A DNA stretch of 64,000 nucleotides from an uncultured Chloroflexia bacterium. GTDB taxonomy: Bacteria > Chloroflexota > Anaerolineae > CG2-30-64-16. Under the pieces are notes generated by a model, which saw only the letters and a list, made by a program, of their open reading frames with translations, did no database searches and was not told the DNA's origin. The position numbers and the translations under genes were made by a program. Shown piece after piece: positions 21,420-29,295 of the stretch (position 1 is its first letter; each line of letters opens with the position of its first letter). The DNA lies in the NCBI GenBank assembly GCA_963810095.1, contig CAWEMM010000008.1, positions 113,474-177,473 of the forward strand. The letters run 5' to 3'.

Positions 21420-22632
21420 CGAGCACGAGCTCCGTCAGGTGGTTGTAGGCCGAGCGGCCGCCGATCCAGAAGGTCGGAATGTCAGGAGAAAACGTGCGCG
21501 GTGGCGCGTCCCCGACGGTGACCAGCCCGACCGGATGGCGGGCTGCGCGCACGTCCAGCAGTACGGCGGCAAGGTCGGTATTGGGCACCGCGGTAATGAC
21601 AAGGACGGTTGCGCCGAAGGGGAGCCGCGGCGTCTCGACCTGGAGCATGTGTTTGAAATCGGCTGCCGTGAGCCCGGACAAGCGGGCGAGGCCATCCAGG
21701 ATATCGAACCAGTGATCGGGCCGGCGCGAGGGCGGGAGGCGCAGGGTGAGCGCTCCCGTCCCGCGCCACCCCCCGTTCACGTAAAGTCCGACCGCATGGC
21801 GCTGGTCGAGCAAGTGGCGCGCCAGTGACGCCGCGGCACTGATCCCGTATTCGAGGTATTCGGGTACGTAGCCCGGCGAATCGGGTAGTGTGCGAAGGTC
21901 AAGGAACAGGCCGGTCACCTGCGCTGCGCTGGGATCGAAAGTCCTGGTCTGGAGCTCGCCCCGCCGGGCGGTGGCGCGCCAATGAATCGTGCGCAAGCTG
22001 TCGCCTGCTGCGTAGGCACGGACGCCGGAAATCCGCAGCGGATCGTCGGCCACGCGGCGCAAGGCCTTCTCGTCGCCGAAAGGATACCCGGCGGGCAGCC
22101 GGAACGGTGCAACGGGCACGACGCGTGGGTAGACGATGAGGCGGTCTACTTGGAGCACCTCCTGCTGTTGATCGCGGAACCCGAACATATCGCCTGAGCT
22201 AATCTCGGCCGGGCCAAATTCCAGCGCGCCGCGGTGCACGGCCTGGATCCGGTACCGCTTGCGGATGCGTTGGTAGAAGCGTAGCGAGACGATGTTGATC
22301 AGCAGGCGGCGCCCCGGCTTCCAGTGATAGTGTAGCGTCCCGCGCAGGAGCTTGACCTCGTTCGGCCACTCATCCTCGACCTTGAGCCAAGATAGCGGCA
22401 GCGGCTTAGCGTTGACGATCTCGACCGTCACGTCCGTCTCCTCCCCAACAAAGAGCCGGGGTTCGCCAAAGTGGCGGGTGTAGGTGACCCCCGCGAGGGC
22501 GTAGCGGTCCCAGAGCCCGGTTACGATCGCGAGCAGGAGCAGCAAGACGCCGGCCAGGAAGAGCAGGGGGTTGCGCAGCACGAGCGCAATTGCGAGCGCC
22601 AGGAACGTCAGCCACTTGAGAAGACGGCTCAC
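21400..22632 (-). CDS. DUF58 domain protein
   Basis: GVRAYAAGDSLRTIHWRATARRG, VYPRV. Confidence 0.9.
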   Translation of the reverse strand: MSRLLKWLTFLALAIALVLRNPLLFLAGVLLLLLAIVTGLWDRYALAGVTYTRHFGEPRLFVGEETDVTVEIVNAKPLPLSWLKVEDEWPNEVKLLRGTLHYHWKPGRRLLINIVSLRFYQRIRKRYRIQAVHRGALEFGPAEISSGDMFGFRDQQQEVLQVDRLIVYPRVVPVAPFRLPAGYPFGDEKALRRVADDPLRISGVRAYAAGDSLRTIHWRATARRGELQTRTFDPSAAQVTGLFLDLRTLPDSPGYVPEYLEYGISAAASLARHLLDQRHAVGLYVNGGWRGTGALTLRLPPSRRPDHWFDILDGLARLSGLTAADFKHMLQVETPRLPFGATVLVITAVPNTDLAAVLLDVRAARHPVGLVTVGDAPPRTFSPDIPTFWIGGRSAYNHLTELVLDASRPA

Positions 22633-23606
22633 GGGGTGGAGGGCTCCAGCGACCAGGTTTCTTCTACCGGCACAGGCGTGCGGGCGGCGATCTCTAGCAG
22701 CACATCGTTGATCGAACGGCCACGCACGCGGGACTGGCTGCTGGCAAGCAGGCGGTGAGCCAGGACGGGCTGGAGCAGGCGCTTGACGTCGTCCGGCAGC
22801 ACGAAGACGCGGCCGGAGAGCGCGGCAAGCGCCTGGCCAGTGCGGTAGAGAGCGAGAGAGCCGCGCGGGCTCGCGCCCAGCTGCAGAGCTTCATGTTCGC
22901 GGGTGGCCCGCACGAGGCGCAGGATGTAGGTTTCTATGGCCGGATGCACGAAGACCTGGCGGATCGCCTGTTGAAGCCAGAGGATATCCTCCACCGAGGC
23001 AACGGGCCGGAGTGTGGCGAGAGGCTGCTGCTCGCGGAAGCGGCGCAGAATCTGACGCTCATCGTCCTCGCCGGGGTAGCCGAGCGCCAGGCGCAGCAGG
23101 AAACGGTCGACCTGGGCCTCGGGCAGCGGGAACGTGCCCTCCAACTCGATGGGGTTCTGCGTCGCCAGGACGAGGAAGGGCCGGGGGAGTGGGCGGGTGA
23201 CGCCGTCGACAGTGACCTGGCGTTCTTCCATCGCCTCGAGCAGGGCTGACTGAGTACGCGGTCCGGCGCGATTCACCTCGTCGGCGAGCAGGATCTGTGC
23301 CATAAGCGGGCCGGGGCGATACTCGAAATCGAGCGTGCGCTGATTGAAGACGCTCACGCCCGTGATGTCGCCAGGCAACAGGTCGGGCGTGAACTGGATG
23401 CGCTGGAAGCTGCATCCGAGCGAGCGGGCGAGCGCCTTGGCAAGCGTGGTCTTGCCGATGCCCGGCACATCCTCGAGTAGCACGTGGCCTTCACAGGCCA
23501 GCGCTACGAGCAGTAGCTCGATGACCTCGTCCTTCCCCACGATGACCCGTGCCACGCTTTCACGCACGTCGCCCGCGATGCACTGCACCCGTTCGATGTC
23601 GGTCAT
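22629..23606 (-). CDS. MoxR family AAA+ ATPase
   Basis: HVLLEDVPGIGKT, RIQFTPDLLP, DEVNR, ATQNPIE.EGTFPLPEAQ.DRF. Confidence 0.96.
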   Translation of the reverse strand: MTDIERVQCIAGDVRESVARVIVGKDEVIELLLVALACEGHVLLEDVPGIGKTTLAKALARSLGCSFQRIQFTPDLLPGDITGVSVFNQRTLDFEYRPGPLMAQILLADEVNRAGPRTQSALLEAMEERQVTVDGVTRPLPRPFLVLATQNPIELEGTFPLPEAQVDRFLLRLALGYPGEDDERQILRRFREQQPLATLRPVASVEDILWLQQAIRQVFVHPAIETYILRLVRATREHEALQLGASPRGSLALYRTGQALAALSGRVFVLPDDVKRLLQPVLAHRLLASSQSRVRGRSINDVLLEIAARTPVPVEETWSLEPSTP

Positions 23607-23662
23607 GCCAAACGGCCTCCTTCTTTAATTCTGCCAGTCTCCTGCGGCTGGCCACATAGGGC

Positions 23663-23699
23663 AAACAAAAAGCCTCTACGGAACCGGTCCCGTAGAGGC
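23663..23699 (-). terminator. riboswitch intrinsic terminator
   Basis: Minus strand GCCTCTACGG…CCGTAGAGGC then TTTTTGTTT. Confidence 0.85.
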
Positions 23700-23740
23700 C
23701 ATCAGTCGGCAGTCCGACGGTTGACAGCGAGCCTCATCGC
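23692..23740 (-). ncRNA. fluoride riboswitch #3
   Basis: Reverse complement GCGATGAGGCTCGC tgtcAACC GTCGG actg CCGAC TGATGGCCTCTAC, the compact canonical form. Confidence 0.92.
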
Positions 23741-23764
23741 ATGGCGACTGCGTCGCCGAGCAAC

Positions 23765-23815
23765 ATTCTATGCTTGCGATAGGTCGTTGTCAACTGCGCG
23801 CCGATCTGGTATAAT
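23765..23815. promoter_or_regulatory. divergent sigma70 promoters with overlapping -35 boxes
   Basis: Minus: TTGACA(23793-88)-17-TAGAAT(23770-65); plus: TTGTCA(23787-92)-17-TATAAT(23810-15) with TG extension. Confidence 0.8.
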
Positions 23816-23831
23816 GGGACTAATCGAATAA

Positions 23832-23891
23832 GGGATGAGGCTCCCGGCCGGCGCATCGCGCACGGCCTGTCGCAGGACTGATAGCCTCTAC
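23832..23891 (+). ncRNA. fluoride riboswitch #4
   Basis: GGGATGAGGCTCCC … GTCGCAGGAC TGATAGCCTCTAC. Confidence 0.9.
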
Positions 23892-23923
23892 CGGCGCGTT
23901 GCCGCGTTGGTAGAGGCTTTTTT
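23883..23923 (+). terminator. riboswitch intrinsic terminator
   Basis: AGCCTCTACCGGCGCG / CGCGTTGGTAGAGGCT followed by a T tract. Confidence 0.85.
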
Positions 23924-23943
23924 GTTACGGTGTGGAGGTCAGT

Positions 23944-24952
23944 ATGACGGCCCTGGATCGATTCGCAGATGAAGTAAAAGACATGGCGAGTCTCGCAGAA
24001 CCCGTGCAAATCGCCATCGAAAAGGAGTTATTGCCCGGGGAGGTCGTGCGCCGGATCATCTACGCGCCGCCTCATGAGGGGGCGGCCCGCAGGCGCAGGG
24101 TGGGCGGGTGGCTTTCCTGGCGACCTTCCCCGGCGTGGGTCCTGGTGTTGAGTGACACCCGGCTGCTGCTAGCGACGATCGAAGCGGACGAGCCTGTCCC
24201 GACGGTAAGCGCGGCCCCCGTGGCCGACATGCTTCGGATCGAGCTCGGCGAGATCCTCTTATACGCCTGGTTGGAATGGTCGTGGGCCGCTGACGGCGAG
24301 CTACGACAGGAGCGGGTCTATTTCAACTCGGTGCGCGCAGATCTGTTCTCGAAGGTGGTGGAAACGGTTCGCGCGGATATCGTCGCGCAATCTGGTCTGC
24401 CGCTGGCGGGCCAGGAGCGCGACCTGGCCTCGTTCAAGAGTCTACCATTCAAGTTCGCGAACATCATTCCGCACTTTCTGCTCTTCCGCGGCGAGTATGC
24501 AGAAAGCGTCGTCTTTCAGCCGGCGATCTGGGGGCGGCACCTGGGCCTTCTGCCCGTACAAGCGCGCGCCAGTAACCGTTGCTGTCTTGACGCCTCACTA
24601 CCTGCTGTTCGTACAAGATGATCTGTCTCACCAGAAGGCAGCCTACGGAGTGATCGCCAGCTACTGTCCTCGCAATCGGGTGACAGCTCTCGAGCTCGAT
24701 CGCAAGGAGAACGACGTAGTGCTGAATGCGACGCTTCGGTGGCAAGAGGCCGAAGAGAAGCTGAGCTACCTCTTTGAAGCAGAGGCAGAGCCGAGGCTGC
24801 GGGCGTTGATTGCCACGCTGGAGGGATCGACGAGCGTGGTGAAGATGGCTGGTCCCGATGCGGGCGAGGAATCGAGCAACGGCAGAGCGGAGACGAACGC
24901 CGGGGAAGATGGCGCCGAGATCGAACGAAGAGGCCTTGGGAGGCCGCAATAG
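23944..24952 (+). CDS. hypothetical soluble protein (~335 aa); frameshift near 24565
   Basis: RBS GGAGG; ORFs 23932-24621 and 24497-24952 join into one coherent product. Confidence 0.7.
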
Positions 24953-25007
24953 GAATCGCTGCCAGCTTCGTGCCAGCCCGACTGACTCGCTTTGGGTATG
25001 GAAGTGA

Positions 25008-25327
25008 GATGCTGATGGGGTTGATCATTGGTTTAGGAGGGCTGCTCCTCTCCATGTTCATGCTGAACGACCTGGTCTCCCAAGTGACGGACGCGGCATG
25101 GAACGCGGCAGAAGTGGCGGGCGAACATGCGCCGGCTCCTGCGCGCGCCCCTGTTGTGGCTCTTTCTGGCGGGCTGTGCCGTCACCGTCCTGTCGGGGAC
25201 GCGTGCAGGAGCGTTGTCAGCTGAGGAGGGCCGGAGCTTCTTCGCCGTATCGCTCACTTGGTGCTGCGTCATCATGGTCGCCGTGCGCTGGGTCCGCGCC
25301 CGTGCGGACCGCAGCGATGACGGATGA
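25008..25327 (+). CDS. possible small membrane protein (frameshifted)
   Basis: Three hydrophobic stretches across ORFs 24970-25224 and 25127-25327. Confidence 0.35.
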
Positions 25328-25388
25328 CGTGCAGTGTGTGACTAATGCAACTAAAATGTGAGGCAGTGCAGCGCACAAGGAGTCAAAG

Positions 25389-25844
25389 ATGATTACCCCG
25401 CGAGTGCTTTTCGTGTGTACGACGAATTCGGTGCGCAGCCAGATGGCCGAGGCGCTCTTGCGCAAGCATGCCGCTGGCAGGTTTGAGGCCTACAGTGCGG
25501 GCATCGAGCCGGGCAAGGTGAACCCCCTGACCGTGCGCGTGCTCAACGAGGTGGGCATCGATCCGTCGCTACAGTGGGCGAAACCCGTCGAGCTCTTTCG
25601 CGGCAAGATGCATGTCGACTACGTGATCACCTTGTGCAACAAGGCGGAACAACGCTGCCCTACTTTTCCGGCTGCGACCAGCCGGCACCACTGGTCTTTC
25701 GACGATCCGGCTGCGGGCGGCGGTTCGGAGGATGAGAAGCTAGCACGGTTTCGCAAGGTGCGCGACGAGATTGAAAAACAGATCCTGACCTGGATCGCCG
25801 AACTGAACGCGGAGCGAAATGGCGCCACGCTCAAGGCCAGCTGA
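25389..25844 (+). CDS. arsC: arsenate reductase ArsC (LMW-PTP fold)
   Basis: VLFVCTTNSVRSQMAE, TLC…CP, HWSFDDP; RBS AAGGAG. Confidence 0.85.
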   Translation: MITPRVLFVCTTNSVRSQMAEALLRKHAAGRFEAYSAGIEPGKVNPLTVRVLNEVGIDPSLQWAKPVELFRGKMHVDYVITLCNKAEQRCPTFPAATSRHHWSFDDPAAGGGSEDEKLARFRKVRDEIEKQILTWIAELNAERNGATLKAS

Positions 25845-25884
25845 TGCCGGTGCCAGGTCCGACGCCGTCACGCGCGTGAGGTTG

Positions 25885-25922
25885 AGGGGGGGAGCGACCT
25901 AACAGCCTCGCTCCCCCCCTTT
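25885..25922 (+). terminator. hairpin, probable terminator
   Basis: AGGGGGGGAGCGA / TCGCTCCCCCCCT followed by TT. Confidence 0.55.
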
Positions 25923-25964
25923 CCGTTCTCTACGCAGCTCAGTCGTGCCAGGGAGGAGAGTGTT

Positions 25965-26416
25965 ATGGCAGAATGTCTATTCTGCAAGATAGCGGCTGGC
26001 GAAGCACGGTGTCACAGGATTTGGGAAGACGACAACGATCTCGCATTCCTTTCCATCTTTCCCAATACCGCGGGGTAGGCGTAGTCATCACCAAGGAACA
26101 CTATCCGAGCTATGCCTTCGAGCTCCCAGACGGCGTGCTTATGGCGTTGATGCTCGTGGCCAAGAAGGTCGCGCTGCTCCTTAATCGGAAACTCGACGAC
26201 GTTGGTCGAACGGGAGCAGTTGTGGAGGGTTTTGAGATCGACCATGTCCATGTGAAGCTCTATCCGTTGCATGGCACGATGATGGACGCCTGGGGTCCCG
26301 TACCATCGTCGGTGGACAAGTACTTCGAGAAGTACGAGGGATACATCTCGTCGCACAACTTGCGCAGAGCGGACGATGAAGCGCTATAGCGACTGGCTGC
26401 GCTGATTAGCGGGTGA
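25965..26416 (+). pseudogene. HIT family hydrolase, frameshifted (near 26075) and with a possible premature stop
   Basis: MAECLFCKIAAGE…LAFLSIFPNT in one frame, then GFEIDHVHVKLYPLHG in another. Confidence 0.7.
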
Positions 26417-26461
26417 CCGGTGCTCTCACCAAGTGTGAGCTTTGAACGGGCTTGCCTTCAA

Positions 26462-26760
26462 TCAACGACGTCGCTCCCCCTTTCGCATCCTCATCCCGGC
26501 GTGTTCGAGTCCTGGTGTGCTTCCTCGCTCTTCTCCCCGGTCGCGACCTTCCGCGCGGCCCCGTTGCTGCTCGGCGCAGCTTTCAGCCGGATGATCACCC
26601 AGCTCCCGGCCGGCGACGCGGATCGGCGTCGGCTCGAACTGCACCTTCTTGCCGAAGCAGGCGGTCACGTCGTCGCCGAAGAGCGCCTGCAAGGCGTCCT
26701 GGTTGGCGCCGGACAGCACCAGCCCCTTCTTGGCCTCCTGGAAGTGTAGTGCTAGAATCG
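26462..26760 (-). pseudogene. fragment of a phage-like hypothetical protein
   Basis: LHFQEAKKGLVLSGAN..AL..LFGDD…GKKV resembles phage OB-fold-like proteins; no clean start. Confidence 0.4.
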
Positions 26761-26892
26761 AGATGGATGACATTCAGCTTCACTGAAGACGATGGTCATC
26801 AAGCTGGCATCGGACGGCAAAAATGCCTTCTGAGGCATGTAGGACGTCCGCTGCGAGGACATGCTTAGCGACACGGGGAAAAAGGCATCCAT

Positions 26893-26937
26893 CTTCCCAA
26901 GCTGGATGTCACCGGTTCGAATCCGGTTACCCGCTCC
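26893..26937 (+). other. 3' half of tRNA-Gly(CCC), probable integration (att) site remnant
   Basis: C-TTCCCAA-GCTGG anticodon arm, T-arm ACCGG-TTCGAAT-CCGGT, acceptor TACCCGC-T-CC; no 5' half upstream. Confidence 0.82.
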
Positions 26938-26942
26938 TCCTA

Positions 26943-26972
26943 CGACCGGTAGTGGTTCGCCGCTACCGGTCG
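26943..26972 (+). terminator. 13-bp hairpin with TTCG loop directly after the tRNA fragment
   Basis: CGACCGGTAGTGG-TTCG-CCGCTACCGGTCG. Confidence 0.55.
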
Positions 26973-27503
26973 CCTGTATTTAGAACACCTAACCAAACCC
27001 GGTCTGTCGGACGATTTGCGCTCAGATGCACGCTGTCTGGCAAAATGGGTGGCGGCATTCAAGCGCAAGCTTGCCCGCGCCGACCCGTGGGCGACGGAGT
27101 TCCTCTGGGATCACGTCGTCGGGAAGGCGCCGGCCAGGCAGGAGCTCGGCGGCATGGAAGGCGAGCCGCTGGAGATCATCGTCCGGCACGTGGCGGTGCC
27201 ACTGCCCGACCTCGCTTCGGTGGAGTGAGGCAGGTTCAAGCCCCTCCCGCTCCACGTTCACTTCGCAGGTGTCGCCGGCCCGTCGCTAGCCCGCCGGCGT
27301 ACCTCCCGCCACGCCGGCCTAATCTGCGCTGCTCGTCGCTTGCGCTATGGCTAACGCAACGCCGAGCGTCAGTTTCCTGACGACCTGCGAGCTATTGTTG
27401 CTTCTTTTCCGGAGCGGCGTAGCGGCGCCTCCCGACCTCCAGCACGCCTCGCTTCCGGCGTCGCTCCAAGTGACCTGGTAACCGAAGAAGGTACATCGCA
27501 GTC

Positions 27504-27584
27504 GTGGCAGACAAGAACGGAACCACCGCCAAGAACGGCACGGCCGGTCCCCTCGGCTTCGAGGCGAAGCTGTGGGCGGCGGCT
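27504..27584 (+). pseudogene. N-terminal remnant of a type I R-M methyltransferase (HsdM)
   Basis: MADKNGTTAKNGTAGPLGFEAKLWAAA, a typical HsdM N-terminus, after which the frame decays. Confidence 0.6.
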
Positions 27585-27729
27585 GAGCGAGCCGTGGTTA
27601 TCATCGGGGGAGACGCGGCAGCGCTTGATCGTGGGTACTGAGAAGAAGATCACCCAGGCGGGCATCGATGGATCAAGCACTAGGTTCGCTAGGTGCGGCT
27701 CGGTCGTAATTGCGGGGGCGGGACATCGT

Positions 27730-28359
27730 CTGGTGGACCCATCCCAACCGACCACGTCACCGTGCTGCGCCGTCTTGGTCAGGGCGTGGACAAAGCAGCC
27801 GACCAGGAAGGCAAGACATTCAAATTCGAGGAAGCGCAGGGCGGTTTGATCCAGCATGATTTGGATGTTGGCCGGAAACTCGTCATCCGCCTCGTAGAAG
27901 ACAACCCGCAAGGGGATTTTTGGCAGAACTGCGAAGTCCCAGTACATGTTTGCCTTCCCATGCCTCTTCGGCTACCCCACCCAATTTCAGCGCTGCTTCG
28001 CCGAACTTGGCGTAGTCGTTACGGAAACAGCGTTCTAGCGGTCGATTCATCAACCGGAGCTCTGTGTGAAGTCCGCCCCCCATTCCCGGTATGCTCTCGA
28101 ACAAAACGAAACGGTTCTCCGGGTCTCCGCTGCCGCGCGATAGGAGGTAATAGAGAAGCACGCTGCGGTTGTTTACATTCACCGGTTGGCCGTCCAGCGG
28201 TTCGGCGCCGTCCACAGTAATACGATAGTCTCTCTCCAGGAAACTTGCTTGAATGCGTCCATCGACATAGCTGAGGCCGAGCCGTCTGGCAGCTTCTTGA
28301 AAGTCGCAGCCAGGGAGTCTGCTCACCAATCCGAGGTAAATTGAATCATAGCCCGTCAT
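27730..28359 (-). CDS. DUF3786-like protein; frameshift near 27950; 3' end approximate
   Basis: VLLYYLL…F…IPG…LPKIPLRVVFYEADDEFPA..IMLD..A..FL..E.L. Confidence 0.7.
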
Positions 28360-28407
28360 TAAACGAATCCCGCCTCCTTGCTGCCTGTCCGAAGAACCGG
28401 CATAGAG

Positions 28408-28854
28408 CTAGCGCCCTTTGGCCGTCTCTTCGCGCAGCGTCATTTGGGTGCTACTCGCACGCGCCACCAGTGACTCCGCCTCATCAAAAATGTCACACTC
28501 CACCAACCCCACCGTCCGCCCGCCCTTAACGACGTGCCCTACAGCGGTAAGCTTTGTTTTCCAGACGGGCTTCAGAAAATTGATCTTCAACTCAAGCGTG
28601 GTGAAAGATTCGCCTGGACGCAGCAGGCTTGCGTAGGCCATGCCCATAGCAGCGTCGGCCAGGTCGCACAGTATGCCGCCGTGTAGTGTTCCCATCGGAT
28701 TAGCATGGCGTTCGTCCGTTTGAAGCTCAAAACGAGCTATGCCGGGCTCAAGCGAGACGAGATCGAAACCGATCAGGCCGGCAACGGGCGGTGGTAGTTT
28801 CATCTTGCTCGCGAGTTCCTCGAGCAGAGGATGATCGGCTGGAATATTGGCCAT
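28408..28854 (-). CDS. PaaI family hot-dog thioesterase
   Basis: HANPMGTLHGG..DLAD.AMG, TLELKINFLKP. Confidence 0.93.
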   Translation of the reverse strand: MANIPADHPLLEELASKMKLPPPVAGLIGFDLVSLEPGIARFELQTDERHANPMGTLHGGILCDLADAAMGMAYASLLRPGESFTTLELKINFLKPVWKTKLTAVGHVVKGGRTVGLVECDIFDEAESLVARASSTQMTLREETAKGR

Positions 28855-29295
28855 TTTTCACTCCTCAGTGATGCTCTTGAAGCGTTTGCTCGGCAATGCC
28901 GTCCTCGCGGCACAGGTCCGCAAGCGGCTTCTCGCCTTTGTCTGCCGCCCGCAGAGTACCAACGATCCCTTCTTCGAGAACCGCTCCTGCCTCGTTTAGA
29001 ACCTCTCACCTATCCTGAGATTCTAACACATCAAGTGGCGCGAATTTCGGGGACCAGGTCACTCTGCGACGAGCCGTATTTGTGGGTAGCGCTGAAGAAT
29101 TGCCACAGCGCGAGATGTGGGCACTGTTACAACTTTCCGCCGTTCCCAACGGCTTCGCTTTAGGCTAAAATCGTTTCGATGACCCGGAGCAGGTTTCGAG
29201 TTTGCCGGGCATCGCGTTGCGACTGCGCGATTGCGATCGCTGCTCATGCCTGTCGTGGCAGTATCTTGATGGCAGAAGGATGACCAAAGCAGCGT

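Noticed and set aside
26860-26940. Complete tRNA-Gly gene
   Set aside because: No 5' acceptor strand or D-arm, and the anticodon stem has a mismatch; only the 3' half is present
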